From an uncultured Chloroflexia bacterium (GTDB taxonomy: Bacteria; Chloroflexota; Limnocylindria; Limnocylindrales; CSP1-4), in contig CAWHXD010000019.1 of assembly GCA_963833225.1 (NCBI GenBank), positions 640,001 to 704,000 on the forward strand: a DNA stretch of 64,000 nt. Reading direction: 5' to 3'. Below are positions 19,034 through 30,082 of the stretch, one piece after another. The first letter of the stretch is position 1. Every line of letters begins with the position of its first letter. The translations under genes were made by a program, and so were the position numbers. The notes under the pieces are model-generated. The model did not search any database. It saw only the letters and a list, made by a program, of their open reading frames with translations, and was not told the DNA's origin.

Positions 19034-20599
19034 ATGGCCGAGCGGATCAAGATCACCTACGCGACCCTGCGCAATGACAACGAGGAGCTCCACGCCCTAT
19101 ACGAGGCGGGCCTCGAGAAGGCGAAGGGCCGCCTCGGCGCGTATCACCGGAACTTCATCGGCGGCAAGGAACGGGACGGGGAGGGCCGCTTCGAGGTCCG
19201 CTCGCCCATCGACAGCGACATCCTGGTGGGGACGTTCGCCCGGGGCACCCGCACGGACGTGCAGGACGCCATCGCGGCGGCCCGTCGTGCGCAGCCGGCC
19301 TGGTTCCGGTTGGGCTGGGAGAAGCGCCTCGAGATCCTCCGCCGTGCCGCCGAGCTGATCAGCGAGCGCCAGATGGAGTACGCGGGCCTGATGGCGATCG
19401 AGGTTGGCAAGACCCGCCTCGAGGCCCTGGGCGAGGTCGAGGAAGCGGCCGACCTGATCCGCTACTACGCCAAGACGGCCGAGGACAACGCGTTCTACGA
19501 CCATCCCATGGACAACCTGGGCGACGCGGCGGTCCACACCCGATCGATCCTGCGACCGCACGGCGTGTTCGCGGTGATCAGCCCGTTCAACTTCCCGATG
19601 GCGCTGTCCGTCGGGCCGTCGTCGGCCGCGATGATGGCCGGCAACGCGGTCGTGTTCAAGCCTGCCTCGGTTGCCGCGATGTCGGCCACTGCGCTCAAGG
19701 AGGCTTACCGCGACGCCGGCGTGCCCGAGGGCGTGTTCAACCTCGTGATGGGTCCGGGCGACACCGTCGGCGATGAGCTGCAGACCAACCAGGGGATCGA
19801 CGGCCTCGTATTCACCGGTTCGTACGAGGTGGGCTTCGACCTGTTCCGCAACTTCTCGAAGCGCTACCCACGCCCGTGCATCGTGGAGATGGGCGGCAAG
19901 AACCCGGCCATCGTGCTCAAGTCGGCGGACCTCGAGGAGGCTGCCGAGGGCATCATGCGCGCCGCCTTCGGCTACGGCGGGCAGAAGTGCTCGGCCAACA
20001 GCCGCGTCTACGTCGAGCGGCCGGTCCACGACGAGCTCGTCCGGGTCCTGGTCGAGAAGACGGAGAAGCTGGTCGTTGGCGACCCGCTCCCGCGGACCGC
20101 ATTCCTCGGACCGGTCATCGACGAGCGAGCCGTCAACCGGCACCAGCAGGCCGTGGCCGAGGCGCGCCGGGATGGCACGGTGTTCACCGGCGGCGAGCGG
20201 CTCAAGGATGGCGGCCTGGCGCGCGGCTGGTACGTGGAGCCGACAGTCGTGGGCGTGCCCAGCGATCACCGCCTGTTCCAGGACGAGCTGTTCGCCCCGT
20301 TCACCGCGGTGGCCGCGGTCGACTCCCTGGACGAGGCCCTGCGCCTCGCCAACGACAACGTCTACGGCCTCACCGCGGGCGTCTACTCGGAGGACCCGGC
20401 CGAGGTCCAGCAGTTCCTCGAGGAGATCCAGGCGGGCGTCCTGTACGTCAACCGCCGGGCCGGCGCCACGACCGGTGCGTGGCCGGGCGTCCAGGCGTTC
20501 GGCGGCTGGAAGGGCTCCGGGTCCACCGGCAAGTCCGGCCTCTCGATGTACTACGTCGCCCAGTTCCTCCGGGAGCAGAGCCACACCGTCGTCGACTGA
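19034..20599 (+). CDS. Aldehyde dehydrogenase, P5C/glutamate-semialdehyde dehydrogenase-like
   Basis: ISPFNFP, FTGS, EMGGKN, FGYGGQKCSANSR, ELFAP, GATTGAWPGVQAFGGWKGSG. Confidence 0.88.
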   Translation: MAERIKITYATLRNDNEELHALYEAGLEKAKGRLGAYHRNFIGGKERDGEGRFEVRSPIDSDILVGTFARGTRTDVQDAIAAARRAQPAWFRLGWEKRLEILRRAAELISERQMEYAGLMAIEVGKTRLEALGEVEEAADLIRYYAKTAEDNAFYDHPMDNLGDAAVHTRSILRPHGVFAVISPFNFPMALSVGPSSAAMMAGNAVVFKPASVAAMSATALKEAYRDAGVPEGVFNLVMGPGDTVGDELQTNQGIDGLVFTGSYEVGFDLFRNFSKRYPRPCIVEMGGKNPAIVLKSADLEEAAEGIMRAAFGYGGQKCSANSRVYVERPVHDELVRVLVEKTEKLVVGDPLPRTAFLGPVIDERAVNRHQQAVAEARRDGTVFTGGERLKDGGLARGWYVEPTVVGVPSDHRLFQDELFAPFTAVAAVDSLDEALRLANDNVYGLTAGVYSEDPAEVQQFLEEIQAGVLYVNRRAGATTGAWPGVQAFGGWKGSGSTGKSGLSMYYVAQFLREQSHTVVD

Positions 20600-20790
20600 C
20601 GGGCGACGGGCCCGGGAGACCGGGCCCGCGCCGCGCCTGGGACCAGGCCCGCGCCGCGCCCGGCCCCCGTTGCGAGTTGCCCGGCCCGAGCCGACCAGGG
20701 CACCCGTCGCGCGGCCCGGCACCGCCCCGGGTGGATGACGATCGACGCTCATGACTCCGTCAACCGGGCCATGGATCGCGGCTGGCGCCC

Positions 20791-20816
20791 TGCTATTCTG
20801 TATGCAACCTGCATAC
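20791..20816 (+). promoter_or_regulatory. Extended -10 (TGCTATTCT) followed by a perfect inverted repeat GTATGCA-ACC-TGCATAC
   Basis: AT-rich island; 7-3-7 palindrome at 20800-20816, just upstream of the aminotransferase ATG at 20840. Confidence 0.65.
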
Positions 20817-20839
20817 CCTTTATGCGTTTGGAGCTACCT

Positions 20840-22198
<1,359 letters not shown>

Positions 22199-22267
22199 CG
22201 TGGGCCGTCGGGATGCGCCCGGCGGCTCGCCGCTAGTTCCGCCCTATAACCCGCAGCGCAGGGGTCC

Positions 22268-23194
22268 ATGACCGGCAAGGTTGCAACGATGCGCGACGCC
22301 GTCTCGGACCTGGTCCGTGACGGCGACACGGTGGCCATCGAGGGATTCACCCACCTGATCGGCTTCTCCGCGGGTCACGAGATCATCCGCCAGCGCAAGC
22401 GGGATCTCACCCTGGCGCGGATGACGCCGGATCTCATCTACGACCAGATGATCGCCGGCGGGGTCGCCCGGAAGCTGGTCTTCTCCTGGCTCGGCAACCC
22501 GGGCGTCGGCGGCCTCAACGCCATCCGCCGCCGGATCGAGCCCGCGGCCGTGGGCGATGGGACGGCGCTCGAGATCGAGGAGTACAGCCATTTCGGCATG
22601 GTCGCCCGGTACACCGCGGGCGCTGCCAACCTCCCGTTCATGCCGCTTCGCTCGTACTTCGAGACGGACCTGCCGAAGGCGAACCCGCTGATCCGGGAGA
22701 TCCGCTCGCCGTACTCCGACGAGGTCGTGTACGCGGTGCCGCCGCTGCACCCGGACGTGACCGTGATCCACGCCCAGCGGGCCGACCTGCACGGGAACAC
22801 GCAGATCTGGGGCCTGCTCGGCTGCCAGAAGGAGGCGGCCTTCGCGGCCGACCGGGTGATCGTGGTCGTGGAGGAGCTCGTCGACGAGGCCGTCGTGCGG
22901 GCGGATCCCAACCGCACCGTGATCCCCGGGCTGATCGTGGACGCCGTGGTGGTGGACCCGTTCGGCGCCCATCCCTCCTACGTCCAGGGCGCCTACGACC
23001 GCGACAACCGCTTCTACCTCGACTGGGACCCCATCAGCCGGGACGAGGAGAAGACCCAGGCCTGGCTGCGCGAGTGGGTCTACGACCTCGACGGTCGCGC
23101 GGCGTATGTCCAGAAGCTGGGCGCGGATCGCGTGGCGTCCCTGCGACCGGGCAGCGCGCCGTCCGGCAGCGTGGACTATGGGGACTACCGGTGA
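22268..23194 (+). CDS. CoA-transferase subunit A (glutaconate/3-oxoadipate CoA-transferase family)
   Basis: GFTHLI, HEIIRQ, HAQRAD..GN, PFGAHPS. Confidence 0.9.
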   Translation: MTGKVATMRDAVSDLVRDGDTVAIEGFTHLIGFSAGHEIIRQRKRDLTLARMTPDLIYDQMIAGGVARKLVFSWLGNPGVGGLNAIRRRIEPAAVGDGTALEIEEYSHFGMVARYTAGAANLPFMPLRSYFETDLPKANPLIREIRSPYSDEVVYAVPPLHPDVTVIHAQRADLHGNTQIWGLLGCQKEAAFAADRVIVVVEELVDEAVVRADPNRTVIPGLIVDAVVVDPFGAHPSYVQGAYDRDNRFYLDWDPISRDEEKTQAWLREWVYDLDGRAAYVQKLGADRVASLRPGSAPSGSVDYGDYR

Positions 23195-23970
23195 GCGAGC
23201 TGGCCTTCACGAAGTCCGAGATGATGATCGTCGCGGCCGCCCGCGAGCTCGCGGGACAACACGTCTGCTTCGTGGGCGTCGGGCTGCCGAACATCGCGGT
23301 CAACCTCGCCAAGCGCACGGTGGCTCCTGACCTCGAGCTCGTCTACGAGGCCGGGGTCTTTGGCGCCCGGCCGGCCCGCCTGCCACTGTCCATCGGCGAC
23401 CCGACCATCGTCACCGGCGCCACGGCCGTGGTCTCGATGTTCGAGCTGTTCGCGTTCTACCTGCAGCGCGGCCTGATCGACGTCGGCTTCCTCGGCGCGG
23501 CCCAGATCGACCGCTTTGGCAACCTCAACTCCACGGTGATCGGCGACTACGAGGCCCCCAGGACCCGCCTGCCGGGCTCGGGCGGCGCCTGCGAGATCGC
23601 GATCAACGCGCGCCAGGTGTTCGTGATCATGCGCCAGAGCCTGCGCTCGTTCGTCAACGAGATCGACTTCCGGACCTCGCCCGGCAACCTCGGCGGCGCC
23701 GAAGCGGCGGAACGGATCCGGAAGGCCGGCGGCTGGAACGGGCGGGGTCCCTCGGTGGTGGTCACGGATCTCGGGATCTGGCACTTCGACGAGACCGGCG
23801 AGATGCGCCTCGACTTCCTGCACCCGGGCGCCACCCTGGACGAGGTCCGGGCCACGATCGCCTGGGAGCCCAGGATCAACCCGCAGCTGGGGACGACCCC
23901 GGCGCCGACCGCGGCCGAGCTGCGCCTGGTTCGCGAGGAGCTTGACCCGGAGGGCGTCTACACGAAGTAG
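23191..23970 (+). CDS. CoA-transferase subunit B
   Basis: FVGVGLP, LVYEAG (catalytic Glu), GFLGAAQIDRFGNLNST, LPGSGGA; GTGA overlap with subunit A. Confidence 0.9.
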   Translation: MSELAFTKSEMMIVAAARELAGQHVCFVGVGLPNIAVNLAKRTVAPDLELVYEAGVFGARPARLPLSIGDPTIVTGATAVVSMFELFAFYLQRGLIDVGFLGAAQIDRFGNLNSTVIGDYEAPRTRLPGSGGACEIAINARQVFVIMRQSLRSFVNEIDFRTSPGNLGGAEAAERIRKAGGWNGRGPSVVVTDLGIWHFDETGEMRLDFLHPGATLDEVRATIAWEPRINPQLGTTPAPTAAELRLVREELDPEGVYTK

Positions 23971-23982
23971 CCGCGCGGACCG

Positions 23983-24489
23983 CTAGGGCTGGTTCGGCTC
24001 TCGGGGCCGGACGACGAGCACGGGACACGGGGCGTTGCGGACGACGTGCTCCGATACGGAGCCCAGGAACAATCGCCCGACGGCGCCCCGGCCGTGGCTG
24101 CCGACCACCACCATGTCCGCGTGCTCGGCCTCGGCGGCCTCGACGATCTGGTCGCCCGGATCGCCTGTCCACACGAGGAACGAGACGTCGATGCCCAGCT
24201 GCCGGCCCCGCTCGACGAGCGCCTGGGCGAGCTGCTCGCGGCGCTCGCGCACCTGGTCGATGCGCGCACGGAAGCGTCCGCCCGGGAGGAGCAGCGAGCC
24301 GGGATCGATCACGGACACGACGAGCAGCGCAGCTCCCAGGCTTGACGCCAACTCAAACGCGTGGTCCGTGGCCGAGGCGGATGCCTCGCTGAGGTCGGTG
24401 GCCAGGAGCAGCTTCTTGATGCCCGAGGCCGACGCCGCGCGCGCGGAGGCTGGCATGGGGCCGGCCTCGGTGTGCGGCTGCGACGTCAC
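23983..24489 (-). CDS. Universal stress protein
   Basis: LLATDLSEAS, VVGSHGRG...LGSVSEHVVRNAPCPVLVV; AGGAGG SD favours GTG 24489. Confidence 0.93.
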   Translation of the reverse strand: MTSQPHTEAGPMPASARAASASGIKKLLLATDLSEASASATDHAFELASSLGAALLVVSVIDPGSLLLPGGRFRARIDQVRERREQLAQALVERGRQLGIDVSFLVWTGDPGDQIVEAAEAEHADMVVVGSHGRGAVGRLFLGSVSEHVVRNAPCPVLVVRPREPNQP

Positions 24490-24510
24490 GATCGACATCC
24501 TCCTGATCAG

Positions 24511-25893
24511 CTAGGCAAGCAGCGCCTGGACGATCGCGGTCACGTCATCCTTCGTGGGAACGACGATCAACACGTTGACCATGCCGAACATGCCATCCGG
24601 TCCCTCCACGTGCGGGAGGATGTGGCAGTGGTACGCCCACAGGCCGACCCGGTCCGCCGTGATGTTGACGTCCCACCGTTCGCCCGGGCCAACGGTGACG
24701 GTGTCGGCCTTGTAGGCGTTCTTGCCGAGCGGGTACCCATCGCGTGCGACCACCGTCTGCGCGTAGCCGTGGCTGTGGAACGGGTGATACATGATCCCCT
24801 CGTTCATATACCGGATCCGGACCTTCTCGCCGACCGCGGCCAGGATCGGCACCACGGCCGGGAACCCGTGGCCGTTGATCGTGAAGCCGCCCAGGGTGTC
24901 GTTGGAGATCCAGACGTAGTCCCGGTCGACCTTGTCGACCTCGGTCGGGGACTTGGGGTCGACGATGTACCCGCCGAGGAGGCCGCGGCCGACCTGGTCG
25001 GTCGCGTTGTGATGCGAGTGGTACATCAGCGACCCGGAGCGGCTCGCCGTGAACTCGTACGTGAACGACTCACCGGTGGAGAACGGCTTCTGGGTCACGA
25101 ACGACACGCCGTCCATCAGGAAGTTCTCGAACTCGACACCGTGGAAATGGACGCTCGTCGGCTCCTTGAGGTTGTTGGTGAAGATCACGCGGACCTTGTC
25201 GCCTTCGGTGACGCGGATGGTGGGCCCGGGCGTCTGCTTGTTGTAGCCGAGCGCGGCGACCGTCGGCTTCATCTCGTCGATGGCCTGCTCGATCTCGTCC
25301 ACGGTCAGGCGGAACACCTTCCACTCGCCGTCGATCTCGGGCTGGAGCGGCGTGAGGGCGTCGGTCAGGACCAGGTTGGGGACCTGGACGAAGGCCGGCT
25401 TCTTGTCGAGCTCCGGGTAGGGCTCGGTCGCGCCGAGCATGTCGACCAGCGTGGCGAACGCCGCGTCGCCGAAGATCCCCTGGAGCGCGGGCACCAGGTT
25501 GCCGAGGTAGCGCCGGATGACGTCGCGCGCCGCGATGTCGTGCTCTGACCAGCCGGCAGGGATGTTCGGGCTCGGTGACGGGGACGGGACCACGGACGCC
25601 GAGGGCGAGGGCTCGATGCTCGGTGCGGTCGTCGGGGTGGCGCTGGGAGCCGCCGTCGCGGCGCCGGGGGTTGCCGGGGCGCCAAAGCTCCAGATCGGCG
25701 CGGCGTTGGTGGTGCAGGCCGCGACACCCGCGGCGACGCCGGTCAAGCCGGCGGCACCGGCCACGCGGAGGAATCCGCGGCGGCTGAGGCCGCTGCCGAC
25801 TCCGTTCTCCTCTGGCTCGGCGGGGGACGCGACGTCGGGCTGGGTGCGAACGGTGGGCTCCACGGGCAGGGACACTCCGGTGCGGGGGCTCAA
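24511..25893 (-). CDS. Tat-exported lipoprotein, two-domain multicopper oxidase (start uncertain)
   Basis: SRRGFL...VAAC signal; HFHG, YHSH, HPFHSHG, HCHILPH...M. Confidence 0.9.
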   Translation of the reverse strand: MSPRTGVSLPVEPTVRTQPDVASPAEPEENGVGSGLSRRGFLRVAGAAGLTGVAAGVAACTTNAAPIWSFGAPATPGAATAAPSATPTTAPSIEPSPSASVVPSPSPSPNIPAGWSEHDIAARDVIRRYLGNLVPALQGIFGDAAFATLVDMLGATEPYPELDKKPAFVQVPNLVLTDALTPLQPEIDGEWKVFRLTVDEIEQAIDEMKPTVAALGYNKQTPGPTIRVTEGDKVRVIFTNNLKEPTSVHFHGVEFENFLMDGVSFVTQKPFSTGESFTYEFTASRSGSLMYHSHHNATDQVGRGLLGGYIVDPKSPTEVDKVDRDYVWISNDTLGGFTINGHGFPAVVPILAAVGEKVRIRYMNEGIMYHPFHSHGYAQTVVARDGYPLGKNAYKADTVTVGPGERWDVNITADRVGLWAYHCHILPHVEGPDGMFGMVNVLIVVPTKDDVTAIVQALLA

Positions 25894-26003
25894 GCGATCG
25901 GGTCATGTTGCCGGTCGCAGGCAAATCATGCGAAGTGACGTTTGGCCCAAAGGCCGGGGACCGCGTTCGTCGCGGTCCACGCCGGGCTGGTAGGCTCCCG
26001 CCG

Positions 26004-27263
26004 ATGACCACGCCTGCGAGACCCGTCCCGGCCGAACCGGCCCCGGACGAAGCTGCCGCGTTCGCGATGCGGCTTGCGGCGCTCGAGGCGGCCACGCGTG
26101 CGGTGGCCGCCGAGCTCGACATCGACCGTGTCCTCGGCCTCATCGTGGATCGCGTCCGCGAGCTGGTCGGCGCCCGGTACGCGGCGCTCGGGATCGCGGA
26201 CTCGCGAGGCCACATCGAGCGGTTCATCACCAGCGGTGTGCCGCCCGAGACGCGGGCGGCGATCGGCGAGGTCCCGCAGGGCCACGGCCTGCTGGGGGTG
26301 ATCATCCGGGAGGGGCGGACGGTCCGCGCCGAGGACATGGCCCACGATCCGCGCGCCCACGGGTTCCCGCCCAACCACCCGGTGATGACGTCGTTCCTGG
26401 GCGTGCCCGTGTTGGTCAAGGGGCGCTCAGTCGGCAACCTGTACCTGACGGACAAGCCCAATGGGGAGCCGTTCTCCGACGACGACGAGCGGCTGGTCGA
26501 GACGTTCGCGGTCCATGCGGGCATCGCGATCGAGAACGCCCGGCTCCACGACCAGGTTCAGCGCATGGCCGTGGTGGAGGAGCGTGAGCGGATCGGCAAG
26601 GATCTCCACGACGGCATCATCCAGTCGATCTACGCCGTCGGGCTGTCGCTCGAGGATGTGCCCGAGCTGGTGGAGGACGAGGCCGGCCGGACAGACGCCG
26701 TCGCCCGCGTGGACCGGGCGATCGACGCGCTCAACCTGGTGATCGCGGATATCCGCTCGTACATCCTCCGGCTGCGTCCCGGGATCGGGGGCCCCGAGGA
26801 TCCCGTCGAGGCGCTGGCGCGCCTGGGCGAAGAGCTGGGCATGAACGCGATGATCGATCTTGACGTCGACCTCGAGGAGGGCGCCGACGGGATGCGCGGC
26901 CTGGCACCGGACCGCCGGTCCGACCTCCTGTTCATCGCCCGGGAGGCGCTGTCCAACGTGGCCCGGCATTCCGGGGCCACGCGGGCCAGGATCGTGCTCT
27001 CCGAGGATGGAGACGGCCTGACGCTGTGCGTGGAGGACAACGGACGGGGCTTCGATCCCGCCACGGTGCCCGGACCCGACGCGTTCGGGCGTCACCAGGG
27101 CCTGGGCAACATGCGGAATCGGGCAGTGGGGATGGGGGGAACGTTCACCATCGAGCGCCCGGATGGGCCCGGCACGCGTATCATCGTGCGAATACCGGCG
27201 TCCAACCTGCCGGTGCATCCGAGCGTCCCAATGCCGCCACCGGAGATCGATGACCGTGACTGA
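26004..27263 (+). CDS. GAF-domain sensor histidine kinase (DosS/DosT-like, HisKA_3)
   Basis: GFPPNHPVMTSFLGVP, GNLYLTDK, ERERIGKDLHDGIIQ, EALSNVARHS, DNGRGF, GLGNM. ATG lies 7 nt after TAGGCT. Confidence 0.93.
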   Translation: MTTPARPVPAEPAPDEAAAFAMRLAALEAATRAVAAELDIDRVLGLIVDRVRELVGARYAALGIADSRGHIERFITSGVPPETRAAIGEVPQGHGLLGVIIREGRTVRAEDMAHDPRAHGFPPNHPVMTSFLGVPVLVKGRSVGNLYLTDKPNGEPFSDDDERLVETFAVHAGIAIENARLHDQVQRMAVVEERERIGKDLHDGIIQSIYAVGLSLEDVPELVEDEAGRTDAVARVDRAIDALNLVIADIRSYILRLRPGIGGPEDPVEALARLGEELGMNAMIDLDVDLEEGADGMRGLAPDRRSDLLFIAREALSNVARHSGATRARIVLSEDGDGLTLCVEDNGRGFDPATVPGPDAFGRHQGLGNMRNRAVGMGGTFTIERPDGPGTRIIVRIPASNLPVHPSVPMPPPEIDDRD

Positions 27264-27927
27264 TCTCTCCCCGCGTCCCCTGCGCCTGCTCGTGGTGGAT
27301 GACCACGAGGTGGTCCGCCAGGGCCTCGTGGCGCTCCTGGACCGCCGCGAGGGATTCCAGGTCGTCGCCGAGGCGGGCACGGCCGCGGAGTCCATCGAGC
27401 AGGCCCGCCGCTTCCAGCCCGACATCGTGGTCATGGATGTCCGCCTGCCGGACGGATCGGGTATCGAGGCCTGTCGCGAGATCCGTGCCGAGCTGCCCGC
27501 GACCCGGGTGGTGATGCTCACGTCGTACCCGGACGAGGAGGCCGTGCTGTCGGCCATCGTGGCCGGCGCATCGGGCTACCTGCTCAAGCAGATCCGGGCT
27601 CGCGACCTCGTTGCCGCCCTGGAGTCCGTCGGACGTGGCGAGTCGCTGCTCGATCCGGCGGTCACCGAGAAGGTCCTTGAGCGCGTTCGCCGGATCGCGA
27701 CCGGCGCCTACACGGACGAGATGGCGCAGCTCACCGCGCAGGAGCAGCGGATCCTGCTCCTCGTCGCCGAGGGCAAGACCAACAAGGAGATCGCCGCCGA
27801 GGTCTTCCTGTCCGACAAGACGGTGAAGAACTACGTGAGCTCCATCCTGTCCAAGCTCAACCTCGAGCGGCGCGCCCAGGCGGCCGCGTTCGTGGCCAAG
27901 CACCGGCTGGACCGCGGCGGCGCGTAG
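27250..27927 (+). CDS. NarL/DevR(DosR)-type response regulator
   Basis: VVDDHEVVR, MDVRLPDGSG, AGASGYLLKQI, KTVKNYVSSILSKL. Confidence 0.93.
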   Translation: MTVTDLSPRPLRLLVVDDHEVVRQGLVALLDRREGFQVVAEAGTAAESIEQARRFQPDIVVMDVRLPDGSGIEACREIRAELPATRVVMLTSYPDEEAVLSAIVAGASGYLLKQIRARDLVAALESVGRGESLLDPAVTEKVLERVRRIATGAYTDEMAQLTAQEQRILLLVAEGKTNKEIAAEVFLSDKTVKNYVSSILSKLNLERRAQAAAFVAKHRLDRGGA

Positions 27928-27954
27928 CCCCCGGACCGGATCCGCCGGCACCCC

Positions 27955-28293
27955 GTGGAGGACGATCTCGTCGCCTGGGGGCGTGTCCTGCGCATCGAGA
28001 CCACCGGCCGCGTCACGGGGCGCGCCGCGCGGGCGGTCGTGGGCTTCGTCGAGGCTGCGGACGGGTCACTTCGGGTCGCGGCCGGTTCCCCGGGCGCGGC
28101 CTGGGGTCTCAACCTGCTGGCCAGCCCAGCCTGTCGCGTGACCATCGGCGAGGACACGTGGCCGGCCAGCGCGAGGCCGCTCGAGGGCGCGGAGCACGCC
28201 GCCGCCGTCCGGGAGCTGATCCTGCGCTACGGGACCCCGGCCGAAGGGCTCGGGACGGGGCCCTCGTTCGAGCTCCGGCGCGAACCCGGCTGA
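27955..28293 (+). CDS. Deazaflavin (F420)-dependent nitroreductase-like (Ddn family) protein
   Basis: LRIETTGRVTGRA, AWGLNLLASP. Confidence 0.7.
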   Translation: MEDDLVAWGRVLRIETTGRVTGRAARAVVGFVEAADGSLRVAAGSPGAAWGLNLLASPACRVTIGEDTWPASARPLEGAEHAAAVRELILRYGTPAEGLGTGPSFELRREPG

Positions 28294-28371
28294 CCTCTTG
28301 GGGCGGTGGGTCCCGGACCCACGTGCCATCCGGCCGGGCGACCCGGCGTCGGGCGCACCTAGACTCCCGCC

Positions 28372-29646
28372 ATGCGTATCGTCACCCCCGAAGAAGCCGT
28401 CGCGGGGATCCGCTCGCGCGACCAGATCTACGTCCAGTGCGCTGCCGCCACTCCGGAGGTGCTCCTCCGGGCGCTGGTCGCCCGGGCCCCCGAGCTCGAG
28501 GACGTGTCGATGGTGCACCTCCACATCGAGGGACCGGGGGCTCACCTCGCGCCCGAGATGGCCCCGCACTTCCGCCACCGGGCGCTGTTCATCGGGCCCA
28601 ACGCGCGAAGGGCGGTCAACGAGGGCCGCGCGGACTTCGTCCCGGTGTTCCTCTCGGACGTGCCGGACCTGTTCCTGTCCGGCGCGCTGCCGCTCGACTA
28701 CGTGTTCGTGAACGCCACGCCCCCCGATGCCCACGGCTTCTGCTCCCTGGGCACATCCGTGGAGGCGATGCACGCCGCGGTCAGGGCCGCGAAGACCGTC
28801 GTGGTCCAGTTCAACAGCGCGATGCCCCGGACGCTGGGCGAGTCGTTCATCCACGTCAGCGAGATCGACCTGGCGACCGAGGTGGACGAGCCCATTCACG
28901 AGGTGCCCCGGCCCAAGATCGGCGACACCGAGCGGCGGATCGGGTCGTTCATCGCCGACCTCGTCCCCGACGGCGCGACGCTGCAGCTGGGGATCGGGGC
29001 AATCCCGTCAGCCACCGCGGAGTTCCTGGGGAGCAAGAAGGACCTGGGCATCCACACCGAGATGTTTACCGACGCCGTCGTGGACCTGGTGGAGGCGGGC
29101 GTCATCACGGGAGCCGCGAAGGTGCGCAACGTCGGCAAGCTCGTGGCCGCGTTCATGATGGGGACGAAGCGCCTGTATGACTTTGTCGACGACAACCCGA
29201 TGGTCGAGATGCGTGCGGTGGACTTCACCAACGACACGCACGTCATCCGCTCGTTCCGGCACATGACCGCGATCAACTCGGCGATCGAGGTGGACCTCAC
29301 CGGCCAGGTCGTGGCCAATTCGATCGGATACCGGATGTACTCGGGCGTGGGCGGGCAGATGGACTTCATGCGCGGTGCGGCCCTGGCCCCCGAGGGCCGG
29401 GCGATCATTGCGCTGCCGGCCGCGGCAGGCGCCGACCACTCGATCTCGCGGATCACCCCCGCGCTCCAGGAGGGGGCGGGAATCGTCACCACGCGAGCGC
29501 ACGTGCGGACCGTGGTCACGGAGTTCGGGGTCGCCGAGCTGTGGGGCAAGAGCCTGCGGGAGCGCGCCAAGGCGCTGATCGCCGTTGCTCACCCGGATCA
29601 TCGCGATCGGCTGGAGCACGAGGCCCGGCGGCACTACGAGCTGTAG
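28372..29646 (+). CDS. Acetyl-CoA hydrolase / 4-hydroxybutyrate CoA-transferase family
   Basis: LQLGIGAIP, IHTEM, INSAIEVDLTGQV, SGVGGQMDF, IAVAHPD. ATG lies 6 nt after TAGACT. Confidence 0.92.
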   Translation: MRIVTPEEAVAGIRSRDQIYVQCAAATPEVLLRALVARAPELEDVSMVHLHIEGPGAHLAPEMAPHFRHRALFIGPNARRAVNEGRADFVPVFLSDVPDLFLSGALPLDYVFVNATPPDAHGFCSLGTSVEAMHAAVRAAKTVVVQFNSAMPRTLGESFIHVSEIDLATEVDEPIHEVPRPKIGDTERRIGSFIADLVPDGATLQLGIGAIPSATAEFLGSKKDLGIHTEMFTDAVVDLVEAGVITGAAKVRNVGKLVAAFMMGTKRLYDFVDDNPMVEMRAVDFTNDTHVIRSFRHMTAINSAIEVDLTGQVVANSIGYRMYSGVGGQMDFMRGAALAPEGRAIIALPAAAGADHSISRITPALQEGAGIVTTRAHVRTVVTEFGVAELWGKSLRERAKALIAVAHPDHRDRLEHEARRHYEL

Positions 29647-29828
29647 GCGCGGTCGCGGCCGGCCCGGTTCCGTCCCCGTCGCGGTCCCCGGTCGCGGTCG
29701 CCGCGGTCGCGGGCCAGGCACTTGCTGATCAGCACGGGTGATATCCGGGGGCCATCGGCCTCCGCAAGGGGCCTCGCCCCCCCCGGGGAATCGCAAACGC
29801 CCCCGCCGCGGCGGAGGCGCAAGGTTCG

Positions 29829-29861
29829 GGTGGGTGCCGGGCGTCCCCTCCGGCACCCACC
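29829..29861 (+). terminator. Perfect 12-bp hairpin GGTGGGTGCCGG / CCGGCACCCACC
   Basis: Read directly from the sequence; no U-tract, so a terminator role is uncertain. Confidence 0.45.
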
Positions 29862-30082
29862 TCGCACGCATGGTCGGGCTTTCGACTCACTCTCGGTGAG
29901 TGCCGAGTGGACCGCCTTGCCGGGACCTGCGGACCCTCCCGTGGGGCGATCGGCCCGGCGACCTGGAGGGTGATGTGCGCCCATCATGGCCGGGACGCTG
30001 AGGCGGCCTTCCGCCGCGCTCGCCCGCTGATCCCGAGCGGATCGGCGCGGGTGCCCGCGACGCCCCTCACGAAAGGATGATC

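Noticed and set aside
24511-25893. Copper nitrite reductase nirK
   Set aside because: The type-1 Cys is in domain 2 and four HxH motifs indicate a trinuclear site, which is a laccase-type pattern.
29785-29830. Firm c-di-GMP-I riboswitch call
   Set aside because: Only partial resemblance, with no GNRA P1 loop or recognisable P2. Kept only as an unassigned structured RNA candidate.
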